A stretch of DNA of 64,000 nucleotides, from the NCBI RefSeq assembly GCF_009914755.1, contig NC_060928.1. The stretch is one strand, 5' to 3'. The notes beneath the pieces are model-generated. The model was not told where the DNA came from. It was given only the letters and a program-made list of their open reading frames with translations, and did no database searches. The position numbers and the translations under genes are program-made. Of the stretch, positions 1 through 13,932 are shown piece after piece (the first letter of the stretch is position 1; every line of letters begins with the position of its first letter). Source of the DNA: the human T2T-CHM13v2.0 reference genome, Homo sapiens.

Positions 1-109
1 GCTCTAACTCACTTCACTGGATAGATGTGAGGCTTAATGGGTGAGAGAATATTTGCAAAGTGCTTTGTAAAATTTTCAGTTCTATGCCGCTGTATGTTTT
101 TAAGCTATG

Positions 110-161
110 ACCTAGCAATCACAGTGACCAATAACCACCTAGCAATCACAGTAACCAGTAA
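110..161. repeat. Two-copy direct repeat, 27-bp period
   Basis: ACCTAGCAATCACAGTGACCAATAA (110-134) and ACCTAGCAATCACAGTAACCAGTAA (137-161), 2 mismatches. Confidence 0.9.
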
Positions 162-163
162 TG

Positions 164-216
164 TTAATTTTATTTGTATGATCACAAAGTACAAATCATC
201 ATACAAATAAAATTAA
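164..216. repeat. Perfect 19-bp inverted repeat with 15-bp spacer
   Basis: TTAATTTTATTTGTATGAT (164-182) is the exact reverse complement of ATCATACAAATAAAATTAA (198-216). Confidence 0.9.
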
Positions 217-839
217 TTGATAGCTAATTCCAATATTTTTTCAGGATCAGCTGTGAGTTTATGTGCACATTTGTCTTACACCGAAACCTAGATCAATTCC
301 TATAAACTGAGTTGCTAAGGATCCTACCCACATTTATTTAAAATGTTTATTTTTTTCTCTTTTCTGCTTACCATCTATAAAAATAAAGACACATGTTTTA
401 TTCATTCAGATTACCACCTGGAAATAGTTGCTCATGCAGAAGGTCACCAAAGTTATGAGAATGAGAGCATAAAGCTTATAATTGTGTCTCAATTTGCAAA
501 TAATGGGAAAATGTGTTGTAAAAAACTAAATTTAAGTTACACAAGGTTAAAATCAACCATTAAATTGAAAGACAGATTTAACTTTTACTGACACTTGTTA
601 TCAACGTTTGATGTTAACCAAACATACGATTCAGTGTTAATTTTGGTGATATTTTGTGAATGAACTGGTGATATTATTCTAGAATAGACATCCACTATTA
701 ATAAGTTGGCTGCATTATTTAGAAGGAATATTTTTTATTTCTTTCTGCCAAAATTAACATATGCATGAAGAAGTCCCCACTTTTTGGTATATGTTTAAAA
801 GTTAAATGAAAGCTTTGTATATATGGAGATACGTAGTTT

Positions 840-1010
840 TATCTCTATCTATATATAGATATGTTTTATAGATATAAAACCACGCATATAGTTTTAAATA
901 TATATATCCAGATGAAACTATATATAGCTATATATAGATATAGAGGTATAATATAGATGTATTGATATATATATAATATAGATATATATTAATAGTTACA
1001 TATATGTTTA
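840..1010. repeat. Degenerate (TA)n/(TAGA)n low-complexity tract
   Basis: Runs of tatata and tagata seen directly. Confidence 0.8.
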
Positions 1011-1309
1011 TTAGAACTGTTCATGTGTGTCATTCACTTATATATGAATGATAAGGTTGAAAGGTCTTGGCAGCATTATTATTCCGTGAGTAAAGGGTGA
1101 AGGAAATAATTATGTTTCAAAACTGAAAATGAATATGGAGATTTTTCATACAGCGATTGACATTCACCATGAAACGACTAGAATAAAATTGACTTAAAAA
1201 ATTCTTCATGATAAATCAAAATTAAAAAGTTGAATGAAAGTATACCTACTTGAGGATAACACTTTAAGAATTTTGTAGAGTTTTATAAAAAAAAAACCTA
1301 TAAAAAACT

Positions 1310-1600
1310 CTCTTTTCTTTTTTTTTGTAAACTTTATTGCTTTTGCTCAAATATCAGAAGTAATACAATCTACCTGTAACACATTCACAGAATACACAAA
1401 TGTATTAAATCAAAAGTAAAATTTCCTCCCACTACCATCTCCTCCTCCTCAAAGGTAACATGATGTTTCATGCCGATGCTATCCAGGCTCTGTTTTCTAT
1501 GAGTATATGGCTTAATGTGACAATATAGAGAGAACTCTTCAAAGATTTTATCATTTCCGTTTGTCTGTTCATATATGAGGGTATTTAAGTAATTCGTAAT
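1310..1600 (-). mobile_element. Old L1M (L1ME-like) 3' end fragment
   Basis: T-rich tail followed by degraded L1ME 3'UTR-like sequence. Recognition is weak and boundaries are approximate. Confidence 0.4.
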
Positions 1601-1674
1601 TTTCCAATTTGGAAACATATTTCAATAAATGTGCTACATAGACTGACAGATGGAAGAGGCACGGCCATTTGCTG

Positions 1675-1830
1675 TAACCCATTCATATGCTCAACAATCC
1701 TAGGAAATAGTTATTAGTATCTCACATTTTACAGTGATGCAACTAAGGCCCAGAGAGGTTAATTAACTAGAGTAAAACCACGTAAACCAGAAAGCTAACA
1801 ATCTAGCCAGGCTGGCTGTGAAATCCAGTT
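1675..1830 (-). mobile_element. MIR SINE
   Basis: MIR core-like CATTTTACAGTGATGCAACTAAGGCCCAGAGAGGTTAA. Confidence 0.75.
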
Positions 1831-1889
1831 TCAGTACCTTCTCTCTTCCAGCAGTTTGGCCAGGACCTCAGGTCTATTGCTCACTCTCT

Positions 1890-2010
1890 GAGGCACTGAG
1901 CACCTTTATTCTGTCTACACTTTAGTCTCTTCATGTGCAAAAAAGGAGAGATACGTATTCTATGTGTCTAGCACATAGTAAGTGCTCAATAAAGGTGAAT
2001 TATCATTATT
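1890..2010 (+). mobile_element. MIR SINE fragment
   Basis: 3' end GCACATAGTAAGTGCTCAATAAA...TATCATTATT. Confidence 0.6.
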
Positions 2011-2269
2011 CTTAGAATTAATTTGACATTTAAATTCATATATTCTTCAAAAATGTCTACAAAACAAATCCTTAGAAACAATGTGGCTAAGTCATTGTAT
2101 GTTTCAGATTTTGTTCTTTGTTAGTTAATTAGCAAAGCAGTCATCAGAGCTACTTCAATAGAAATGAACATCAGAACAATTAGGAAGTATTGATTGATAA
2201 TCCATGCTTAAAATCAGATCAACTGCCTTCACATTATAGGAAAAAGTTGTGATGAATATTTTTAAAAAA

Positions 2270-2385
2270 TTGTATTTAATTTTATTTTTTGACTGACATA
2301 TAATAATTGTATCTATTAATAGGGTATGTAATGATGTTTTGATATATATAATGTAATAGTGATCAGATCAAGGTAATTAGCATAA
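2270..2385 (-). mobile_element. L1MA 3' end fragment
   Basis: ACATATAATAATTGTAT...GATCAGATCAAGGTAATTAGCATA resembles the antisense L1MA terminus. Confidence 0.65.
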
Positions 2386-5300
2386 TGATGTGTACTTGAA
2401 AAAGAAATGACAACTTCTCCTTTCTACACTTAGGCCGAAAATCAGTCTCACACATTTATTATCCCATTATCACTTAATACATCAACATAAAATTCTGTTG
2501 GCCTTAACTTCCACAACCTGTAAATATTTTGCTGTTCCTGCAACCATTGGTTTGACTTTTGTTTCACTGTAATCTACACACTTATTTTGCTCATTTTCAT
2601 CATTGAAACCATATGGGAAATGAGTAGCGATGGTTCAGAGTTACAAATGCATAGGTGTACAGTGTAGCTACTTTGTGGAGATATGTATGATTCTTCCAAA
2701 TCATAAATCCCTAACTGTAAGGTATTGATCTGCTTATTTATTAATTTATACTTACTAAGAATTAAAGAGATGCTTTGTTGATGACTGTTTTCCCCTTTCT
2801 CCCTCAAAAAAAGGTTCCCTTTCTAAGAGGAAAGATATCCTCACCTCTGCTTTTGGGTCACTTTTGCCTCCGCCAGGTACTTTCTAGAAGGTCCACTGCA
2901 TATGTTTTGTCTCTGTATTTTACCGACCTTTCGTTTTATATGTCTGCATGATTTACCATTCTTCAATTATACTCCCATCCATTGACTAAAATCTCACAGA
3001 AGCAGAAATAAATATAAATGGAAGGAAGACACAGGCCAATCCCAAGCAATCATTCTTCTTGACATACGGTGTTCGGCCGATACCTAGAGTGAGATATGAA
3101 CATTCCACCTTTTGTGCCACGAAGCAGAGGGTATCCCAGACACAAAAAATAAGTGACACCATTCTTTGGGCATATTAATACCTTCTCAGGCAAAAGCAGA
3201 AAAACGTTATTAAAATGTAAAACTACAGCTGTGAGTGGATAATTCTGAGTTCTTCTCTGAAACAAGTGTAAAAAGAATTTGGGGCTTTCTACTGGAAGAA
3301 CTTAATATCTACTGGCAGATTGAGATTGAACATATATTTCTCCAGTAGTTTCAGACTAAATTGTCCAGAACCTGTACCGTTTTTGCCAGTTAATATTGCT
3401 TTTTGGGAACGTGTTTTTTTAATTACTATTTTTACAGCTTAAGACTGCTGTGACACTTCTCTGGTGAGAGGTATAATTTTATCCTTTGTTGTCGCAATTA
3501 GTACGTTCACACTATGATGCTAATTGAGCGAACATCATCAGAAAGGAAGGCAGAAAAAAATCGTAGTCATTCTGTGGATTAAATCCGTAGCTTTAATAAA
3601 GTGGAACTCTTTCAGACTCATCTGCAAGTCTTAGAAATAATTCTGAGAAAAAGTTTTACCGAAATATACCAAAGAATTGAAAACAAAAGATATGTAATAT
3701 TCAGAGGGATTTTTTAATGACTGATTTAAAGTTTAATTGTAAGCTCATCGCTTTTCTAATTATAGATCGTATTTCCTTAGATTTTTCTCAGACATGGTTT
3801 TACATATATAATTTTGATATTTTATATTTGATTTGGCTTTTCTTCAGCCCAACTTAAAATGCCAGGGTAGGTAAATTAAGAAAGACCATGCAGTGGTATC
3901 AATACAAGTCTCAGCCATGTGACTCATCTTATTCTAAAAATCCTTCAGCCTTCCCTTTCAAAAGGCTATGCGGTAATTGTGTGTTACAAGCAGTTCTTTA
4001 TCAGCAAACTTCTATCTCCAACAGATGATTGGTAGTAAACTTCTTTTCTCTGTAGTCAAAACTTGCCCTGATTCCTTACAGTTTTTTAGTCTATTTTCTA
4101 TGCATAGAATACATATTTAAAGCAAAATGAAAGGTTCACAAACTTTAAGCTATTTTCAGTTTTACATTGTTTCAATGGCAGGATGAGTGTCTGCACATTT
4201 GATTTTTTTTAACTTTAAAACGATCTGACTTGTGCTAAGAACGCGGTTTGGTTTGTATTTCCAGCCCTCGCATGTGTGCCTGCGTGTGTGTATTTTATCC
4301 CAGCTAGTTATAACCTGATAACCTGATTTCATACTGTGCTTTAACATAACAATACAGCCATCACACTAAAGCAACACAGTAAGCGGCCACATTAACCATC
4401 ATTTTGCTTGATCACTCGGGAGAGATTAAATTTATTCATTTTTCCTATAGATAATCAAATATTAAAACATGTTAAAGGAACTCTTGAGCTGTGACATGCT
4501 CATTGCCAAAACAATATCCTATATGTGATGTGTGACTCTTCCGGTGAGATATTTGGAGGAATTTTCATCAGATCTTTTTTCTTCTCATTTGCATCTGGTT
4601 TATCTAAAGTGAAATTCATTCAATTTTATTGAACTGTAATTCTAGTAATTTACAATATTTACATGCTGCGGTTAGATTGAAATCAGTCCTTAATTCAAAT
4701 TCAATCTAAATTTACTGCATAGTAATTAGGGCTTTGTAACTGACGCTAGAGGCCTATTGATTTAATGAAAAACTTAACCTTACAGTAAGTGTTTAATTAG
4801 TTGCTGCAGTAGATTCTGTTCTGTCCTAAATTGTGGACTTTAGAGAATCAGGTACTAATTTAAATTACACAACTATATAAAGATCAGAACTAATTTTTTT
4901 TTTACATGTAGCCTAACAGATGAATTAATTTCTTCCTCTTTGAAAAGGATAAGGGAAAGAGGCGGTAATGAAAGTAATTTCCTACCCTGCCTAATTTTAT
5001 GTAAGGCCGGGCTAGCTATGCTGGAAATGATTACCTACCTCTGTTAAATATTGATATAAAGAGTTATGAAAATTAAAAGTCAATGAGATTTCTTCAAGGA
5101 TTATTTTGTAAATGGAAAACTGAAACAATACACATATCTACTTAGGGCAGAAAGACTCTTGATCCAGGAAGAAAAATAAAAGATTACCCCAAATAAAACC
5201 ACAGGTGTTTTTCTTTAGATAATATTAATTGACAGCTGGAAGCGTCCTTGTTTTAACAATTGTATTAATTTTTCTGAGTGAGAATTTAAAACATAAGTGT

Positions 5301-7494
5301 CAATCATTGACAGTGATTTTAAACGGTAGTCACTGATGGCCTCTATCAAAATAAACGTAAATCAAAACAAATTATTTTAATTTTAGCTAATATTTTTCCT
5401 AATTTAAGAATTCAATAAAGCATTAAAATGAGGACACTTTTAAACTGGATTTTAACTTGTCTGTAACCTGTCAGGTCCATAACTCATTGCTCTTAGTACA
5501 CATTTGTGTTCTCGAAGCTAGAAATAGTAACGTTTCTATATAAAACTAAGAGATTAATGCCAAAGGAAAGAAGATTCCTGCTGACGCATTATTCATCACT
5601 TGTCTAATTTATATTAGATGTACTAAAGGTACGGTAGAAGAAGATTTTTTTTTTAAAAAAAAGAGTATCACTTTGATTTTTCATTTCTTGTGAAAAACAG
5701 AATTATTTGATGGCAAAAAAACAGATTTTCAAAGTGGAAACTTTAAATATTTTAATGTATATTTTCCAATACTAAAGTAACTGTTAAATCATTCTAGGTA
5801 GGTAATACGGATAACATCATTAACGTATGAAATTGGCACATAGAAATAAAGAACACAGTTAATTCATTAATGCTGCATTGATGCCTAATATCACAGTTGG
5901 TGAACCAAGTATTTCAATGTTGATCAACAGGGAATTAGTTTAAAAATATAAAAGCAATGCCTACTGCATCAGTAAAATAAGATAAAATCTAATTTATACC
6001 TCAAAATAATTGGAACACCTGTTTCAAATGAACCAATCCTTACTAAAACAAAAATGTTAAATGCAAAGATTTCTCATTTCAGAGACTTCAATTTTTACCT
6101 TAAGCCACTGCGTGAAAAATTTTAAGATGTGAAATTCCTAATAGGAATAAAGACCTTAAGATGCCATTCAAAAACTTGAGAGAAAAAAAAAAACCTGCAA
6201 TATGTGTTTGAGTTTATCTAAGACTTTATTTTGTGAAAACATTTTGCAAAAATATCTTTCTTTTCTTGACAAGACACCAGATTCACACTTCACCACCTTG
6301 ACAATACACCAAATTCAGACCTCGCTGCCCCAACACACCTCAGCAGGAAAGCAATACACACCAGGTACAGAAGGTTGCAAACCACACACTCTTCTCCTTT
6401 AATGCTTGCTCTGATGAATGGCACACACAGAAGCCATATTGCCCATCTCTCAGAGTGGCCTCCGCTGCCAGCACAGCTGAAATCCGGAGACTTGCCACAT
6501 TCACATTGTCAGCTTAAATACCCAGTAAGGACTCAAACTGGGAAGAAGACAAAGTACCATAGCATGTTGATGCACTTCTCTGGCCCCACCAATTAGCTGT
6601 GAAGAATATGGCTCATTTAAAAGTGTATATGATCATACTGAAGCACAGCTGAAAATTAGATATATAAAAAAGGAGGTCATTAGCTTGCACTTGTCTTATC
6701 TTCAGCTAAATGAATCGCAGATAAAATCAAATAGGACAAGTTAGGTCTTTTTAAGCTTTTGAGGCCTTTCTTATGTACTTACATTAGATGGGTCTCTATA
6801 AAGAAAGTTTATAGCGGCGCTATTTACAACACCACAGTTGATGTTGTGTTACAGTTTTCATTACCAACCTCTATTTTCAGAGGTGCATAGCCTTAACATA
6901 AAAATTCGTTCTAGGTTAAACAGAAAAGCAGTGTGGTAGATTACATCCAGATAATAAACCTAAAGACGATAGCTACACAATTTTCGAAGTATTAGAATTC
7001 CAAGATAATGTACAATTACATTGGCATCTGGTACATGTTAATGAATCCTTCTAGGTTAAAAATATAATCTTCTAATAGAAAGTTATTTGTCTAAAATGTA
7101 TACTTGAGATATGTTTGTGAGTAAAAATTTAAATGTGACTCATTATGGATGGAATGTAGCCAAAAATACATAAATAAGATTCATAATTGTTTAAAATCAC
7201 AATTACAAATTAACTGCAGTTCATAAATGATGCGCATACCATATAAAAGCATGAGGAATATAAACATGTATAATATACAATCTTTGTTCTTAAAACAATT
7301 TGTATAGTCAATTAGAGATTGTAAAACATTTTCAACTAGAAGATAGAGGGGGTGTAGCAGAAAGTGTGACGGATCCAACACGCTTGTTTTAGATAGGTTA
7401 GTAGATTGGCTGGTGGTTGGTTTTTGTTTGTTTGACTGTTTACTTTTTAGTCTCTAATGCCGGCACGCCTATGAGTAAATCTGACAACCCCACC

Positions 7495-7858
7495 TGTATT
7501 AGTGCGTTTGGGCTGTTGAAACAAAATACCATAGACTGCATGGGTTATAAACAATAGAAATTAACTTCTCACAGTTCTGGAGGCAGGGACGTCAAGATCA
7601 GAGTACCAGCAGACTCAGCATCTGGTAAAGGCCCTCTTCCTGGTTAACAGGCAGTATCTTTTTACTGTGTTCTCACATGGTGGAAGGGGCAAGAGGTCTC
7701 TAGGCCTTTTTTACGAGGGTAATAATCTCACTCAAGGAGGCTCTGCCCTCATGACCTAATCACCTCCCCAAAGTCACCACCTCCTAATATCATTAATTTG
7801 GGGGTTAGAATTTCCCCATATGAATTTGAGGAGAGACACAAACATTCAGATCATAGCA
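7495..7858 (-). mobile_element. MaLR solo LTR, MLT1A/MLT1A0-like
   Basis: TG...CA termini (TGTATTAGT...CATAGCA), about 365 bp, with characteristic CTCACAGTTCTGGAGGC and CCCTCATGACCTAATCACCTCCC. Confidence 0.88.
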
Positions 7859-8234
7859 ATACCTGAAGCATCTCTGGATATCTGACCTCCCAGAAATTCA
7901 GATCTATTGAAGGCACAGGGTCCAGAAAAGCATATCTGGGTGGTCCTGCCGCATTAGATCCAGACCCCTATATGCCCCTGCAGGGTGTGCGGGAAAAAGA
8001 AGTATGGCGTCCAGGCTTCAGCAAACACTGCTAGCAGGACCTGCCTCTGGGCAACAATATAGATGTTAAAAAAAATTCCCACTCTGAGAGCTGGGCTTCC
8101 AAAACTCTAGAGGTAATAATGACTCCTGAAAGTCATGAAAAATGTCTAGTTCCAACCAAATGAGACCTGAATTGCATATTGGGCTGGGTCTCCAAGTCAT
8201 GGTGGATTATTTCAGAGATTCTAGAGGGAAGGTT

Positions 8235-8400
8235 GTAGAACAAACCTGGGCTTTGCAGTCAGGCAGCCAGTTGGATTCTTCTTGGCTTTGTACTGAGCCT
8301 CTACTTAACTTCTCTGAGATCTGTTTCCCTGAAATGGAATAAAAGATACTCACCTTGCATGTTGATTTCAAGGACTGAATGATATTTTTCTATACACGTC
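8235..8400 (+). mobile_element. MIR SINE
   Basis: GGGCTTTGCAGTCAG...ACTTAACTTCTCTGAG...TTTCCCTGAAATGGAATAA. Confidence 0.6.
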
Positions 8401-10194
8401 ATACACTATGTGTCCATAAATATACTATGCATTCTATAGGTGGAAGAGATGGTGATTTTCATTGCTTCATCAGTACAATTGGTGAGAAGTCGGGGTTTGG
8501 CAGCAAGTCTTTCTGCTTTCTGTGGTCATCTCCAAGCCTTTCTTATCTCTGACCCTCCTGATTTCTCATCTCTGTGGGGATTTGAAACAAACCACAGGGT
8601 GAACATCACCTCTTTCTCTGGAAAGATTCGTTTTTTGGTTCAGCAATCAGCAGTACTTATAATTTGATTTTGAATTGGGAAAAAAACTGTAGGAAATGTA
8701 GTCAATTTTACCATGATTTGGGCCAATTTCCAGAACTTTTGGTAAACAAGTTGTCTTTTAGCCACCTATGTGGCCACTTAAAAAAACTGCATATTTTGAC
8801 CATCTTAAATAATAGAATAGATTAAACTGGATTTTATGCAAATTTCTCGGTAAGTCGGCTTGACCATCAGTTTGGTTTTTTATACATAGTCTTATATAGA
8901 TATAGATTATAACAAATAGAAACCCATTGCAAGATTCAGAGTTCTTATCTGGCAGGTTGAATGCACACAGCAGAGAGTGTCTGAGCCACCAAATAATACC
9001 GCTTGTTAAATTTTTCAAAATGAAATCTTTGCCAAAGTAATGGTATTTGCCTCGTCACGAACCTGGCTGAGCTGCTTCTCTCACATCTGCCTATACTGGG
9101 CAGAAATCAACCAGCAGCAAAATCTTCTTGCCATGGCTGCCTTGATCAGCCTCAAGGTCCTCTGAGCCTTGCAATAATATCCTCTCAAGAATGCTGACAG
9201 ACTCAGTGGCAAGTGACCAGAGGGGACTTCCCTGGAAATTGGCAGGGTGCTGAGAAAACCATTCATTCATCTGTAGGCAATGGCACTGCAATTCTGTAAA
9301 TGCCCAGTGTTTCTTCCCAAGGCAGCCTCTGGCCTGAAAACCTCAACCTCTTTCTGCTCCATGAACAATATTGAGTTTTAGGACTTCACTGTCTCTAAAA
9401 GAATCATACTTGTATCACTTCCAATTTCCTTTCATGAGACAAAGCTCTCCTTGGCAATGGCTATCAGAAAGCCCTAGAATAAGCTACTTAACTTCAAAAA
9501 TAGAGAAACCAGATTGGACTTTTAAAAGTACGATTGTATGTGCACATAGGTGTGTGTGTGTGTGCATGGGTGTGCAATAGTTAAATTCAAATAAGGCTGA
9601 GACTAAACAATTTAAATTATAATCAATGCGGGTTCTTTACTTTCAGTAATTTATTTATAGCCATATTCCTAGTTCAGGAACATTAACATTTGATCTGAGC
9701 TCTGTTTGAATCATCTGGAAGTCTCACTGTTTATTTTAAGAAGTTGTACAAAATATTTGACTACACACTATACCCTATTTCGTATAATAGGAAAAACAAT
9801 CTAATAACAGATATATGTGTACATGCATGTGTGTGTATAAAATTAGAAATTCCATATATAGAAAGCTAGAATCTTTTAAGGTTCTTTAAATAACTAATTT
9901 CACTTTTTTAAAATCCAGGTTTTAAACTTTATAATAAAGTAAAGCTCATGGAAAATTGTAGTTTCAGCCCAACATAGCTTGCAATTTAGTAATTATGGTT
10001 CATTTATAAATTATCCATCAGGATATATTTTTAATTTAGTAATGACATTTGTAATATTTCCAGATCATTTGGTTTTAGAATAGGTTAAATAAAATTCATT
10101 TTAATTTTGCAGTGTATATTGTAGTATGCTTGCACAGAATTAAGATTATATTTTATCTTCTGGAAATATGACCTATTTTAGTTAAAGTTCTTCA

Positions 10195-10420
10195 GTTTTT
10201 TGTTATTTTAAATACATATTAGTTGTACCTATTTGTAGGGCACATGTGATATCTTAAATCGAAGTGTAATAATCAAATCAGGGTAATGGGGTATCTATCA
10301 CCTCAAGCATTTGTTATTTCTTTCTGTTAGGAACATTCTAATTTCACTCTTTTCGTTATTTTGAAATATATAACACATTATTAACTATACGCACCCTATT
10401 GTGCAACTGAACATAACCTA
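10195..10420 (-). mobile_element. L1MA 3' end fragment
   Basis: TAATAATCAAATCAGGGTAATGGGGTATCTATCACCTCAAGCATTT...TATTTTGAAATATATAA, typical of the antisense L1MA 3'UTR. Confidence 0.8.
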
Positions 10421-12889
10421 TTTTTTGTTTGCAGTTTGATGAGGGAATATTTTTAATGTCTACCTAGAGATGGCTCAGTATCACCAGATGGTATCTTGCC
10501 ATCCACAGGTTCCACTTTGCCTGTTTTGCAAGTTTGTGACAGCCCACGGGGATGTGCTGAGGCATCCATCCAGTCAATAACGTATCTGGGACCACGCTAA
10601 TACTGCAAACATCTTTATGAGTTTAAACAGTATCTGCTTTTTTTCTACTCCAACAAAATCAGTTAATACAATAAAGCATGGCATTCCATTCAGAAACAAT
10701 GCACCGGACTAATTGCCCTAATCCCGAGCAAGAGGACAGAACTAGTGGTAGTCATTTTTATGGAGTTTTCAAAAAGAGCTACAGAAACTCTTCCTCATTT
10801 TATGCTGATATTCGTCATGAGTACAGAAAATCATTTCAGTAAAAACACCCTGCATATTGGTAAGAATTATAATAATGTCAGTGCTTATAATTGTTATCAG
10901 TAATAACTTACATTATTCCTACCAGTCATGTTATTTTTTAAAATGAGAATCTATAATGTGATGTGTGCTGTGCAGAACTTTTACCCTTTGATGAGTCTCT
11001 AGAGTCTTGTGCTATGGAGCAAATAATTTTCCATCTGTCTTCAGATTTTTCAAGTATCATGCTCTCTGGTGATTTGAAATTTTCTAAGCATTTCCCCTCT
11101 ACCCTCCAAAACAAGCGTAATTTTGCATTTTGTATTTTAAAAAATGTGTCATGCAATGTATTTTAAAATTAAAATCATTTTGTAATATCTTGCAAACTAA
11201 TTTTGACTCTGTTTGTAAGTTTTAAAAAATACCTTCTGAGACTTCGTGATTTACGAATGCCTAAAAAAAATCTATGGTCTACCTGAAAAAAAAAGCTTTC
11301 TAAATTTTAATAAGTGTGGCACTTATTTACTGACTTTATTAAGACAGAATGGGAGTGGTAAATGCTATATTAAACAGGAAAGATTATAGTAAAATTAAAG
11401 TTTACAATTTTTCTTGGTTGGTTTTAGGCTTCTTTTTTTGTAAATATAAGTAAAAGCTGTATTCACTATGAAAAAAATGAAGTCATAATTCATCTTCACA
11501 CTGCAAGATATAAATATAGAAGCACTTTTGAGAAAGTAAATGTGTATGTTGATTATTCAAAATAAAATGGAATTTTGCTTTATATATACATATATTTTCT
11601 CATTTTCTCTGCTTCTCTTACCCCAAATGTTAGAAAAAAATCTAAGACCAGATAATTAGAAATGGGTTATTCCTCATATTTCTCAACTATATTGTATATA
11701 AATATTTAAAATTATGCAAAGACAGAGTAAGGAACAGGTAGTATTTCCCATATGTGAGATATATACTTTAGGATTTCTTTTAAAGATATAGATACAGAAA
11801 TAGTCATGCCAATTAATCACTTTTGAATGATGTTGAAAAGTAGGTTAAGTAATGATTTTCTTGAAATTCATTGTTGAAAGTTTGCAGAGATGAGTGCTAT
11901 TAAAATACATTATTCTATGTATGATTTTGCTTTTAAACCAGAAAAGTGGACATTAATTTGTAGTTTTCTACCTTAGTAATTTATCTACTTATGTAAATCA
12001 CCTCACTTAATGTATTCTGACAGTTGGCCTTAACAAGGAAAAAGTGAATACCACTTCCTTAACTTATTATAAAAAGCTTTAAAAATTAAAACTCATATGA
12101 TAATGTTACTTTCATCAATTCTCCTATTCTAGTGAATGGCGTTTTGGAAGCAAATCTATATTTGGCCAAATTAACTTAAGCCGCCGTTTCTTCTTAGTAG
12201 TAGTAGGTAAACTTTGTTGTCATTTTATTAGCATTTACTATTATGCAAACATAGTGTTGCTGTGCTCCTATAATGTTTAGACAGTCATCAATAATATTCT
12301 TTGGATGCTTGAACCAATAGGTTTGTGCATTTATGCACGTGAGAAGGTCTATGCCACAATTCTTGAAAAAGACCTCTTTAATTTGAAAATCTTTTTCAGG
12401 TGTGATAAAATTAAGCTTGTACACATTTTGAGAAAAAGCTCAATACTGCTTCTCTTTTTCACAAAATACCACATATTTTAGCCAGTCTCAAAAGAACAGT
12501 CTGTAGAAATTCAGTTCATCTCTTTTTAACCAAGAGGCATTGTAAGTATGAAGCAATAAATGCAGATAGTATTGACAGTACAGAAACATAAATGAAATAT
12601 ATTAATTATTTCAGTAATAAGCATTTTGTAAGTACAGAATGAAATTAGAAAGAATGCACTTAGCAGTCTAGTTCTGGCAAGTTTGTTGTTCTGTTTTCCA
12701 TTAACATAACGGTGCTTCTTTTAAAATATTAGTAAACATCCTTGGCTGGCTGTGATAAAAATTATGATTTCCATCGTGAATATTTTCGGTTTTATTTACA
12801 CAATTAGACGTAGATTCTATCATTGTTCTACAGATTTTTTTTATCCCAGCTAAACTGTGTTGCAAAATACAACAGGCAAACAAGTTTCG

Positions 12890-12980
12890 GTGTTATCACA
12901 GGCCAGTCACTCCATCTTTCTCAACTCACTCTTCCCATCTGTAATATGAGAGAGTTAGATTAGATAAACTTTAGTTCTCT
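12890..12980 (+). mobile_element. MIR/MIR3 fragment
   Basis: CTTCCCATCTGTAATATGAGAGAGTTAGATTAGAT. Confidence 0.55.
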
Positions 12981-13314
12981 TGAAATTATACATTTTCATG
13001 TATATCTATTTAATGTTACTTTCTCTGGTCATATATCAAGATAACCTCTTTTTAATTCTATGTATGCCAATAAATATATTGGCCATAGTAAATAAGAAGT
13101 TTTCTCTATATACCATTTGATTAGTTCCAAGTTTTCCCAAAACTTCAAATAGAAGCAGTGATAAGTATGAACCAGACCATTGTGAGAAAAAAAAAAAATT
13201 TGGAATGAAGAATAAGCACCAGGGAGGTTTTGGCACCAGGGAGATTTTGGTCTAAAGGTGTGCAGGGATTATCTTCCCTAGATAAGAACTCATGCATCAA
13301 AACAGCCTAGATGA

Positions 13315-13482
13315 GGCCAGACACTGTGGCTCATGCCTTTAATCTCAATATTTTGGGAGGCTAAGGCAGGTGGATCACTTGAACCCAGGAGTTCAAAGTT
13401 ACAGTGAGCTAGGATCATGTCACTGCACTTCAGCCTGGGCAACAGGGCAAGAACCAGTCTCTAAAAAAAAAAAAAAAAAAAA
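13315..13482 (+). mobile_element. Alu monomer (FRAM-like, or an arm-recombined AluJ)
   Basis: GGCCAG...GTGGCTCATGCC start runs directly into right-arm CAGTGAGCT...CAGCCTGGGCAAC and poly(A). TSD CTAGATGA at 13307-13314 and 13485-13492. Confidence 0.88.
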
Positions 13483-13614
13483 TTCTAGATGAAGTCTGCA
13501 AATGTAAGCATGCCAAAAGATTAAGGTAACACAAAAATGATAGAATTAATTTTCTTTTTGACAAATAAGATTTTGAAGTCTCTGGAGAGGAGTGGTTTAA
13601 GGTTATAGAGGTAC

Positions 13615-13932
13615 GACCAGGTGTGGTGGCTCAAACCTGTAATCCCAGCACTTTGAGAGGCCGAGGCAGGTGGATCACCTGAGGTCAGTTCGAGACCAGC
13701 CTGACCAACATGGTGAAACCCCGTCTCTAGTAAAAAACAAACAATAACAACAAAAACACAAAATTAGCCGGGCATGGTGGTGCATGCCTGTAACCTCAGC
13801 TACTTGGGAGGCTGAGGCAGGAGGCACAGGAGCCAAGAGGCGCAGGATACAGTGAGCCGAAATCACACTATTGCACTCCAGCCTGGGCAACAGGAGCAAA
13901 ACTCCATCTCAAAAAGTAATAAAATAAAATAA
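13615..13932 (+). mobile_element. AluS with (AAC)-expanded linker
   Basis: Full dimer. TSD-like AAGGTTATAGAG upstream and AAAGTTATAGAG downstream. Confidence 0.95.

Noticed and set aside
4431-4790. Exon-like signals (TTTTTCCTATAG acceptor, ACA|GTAAGT donor)
   Set aside because: The interval is very AT-rich with frequent stop codons and no recognisable homology. Such site pairs are common by chance.
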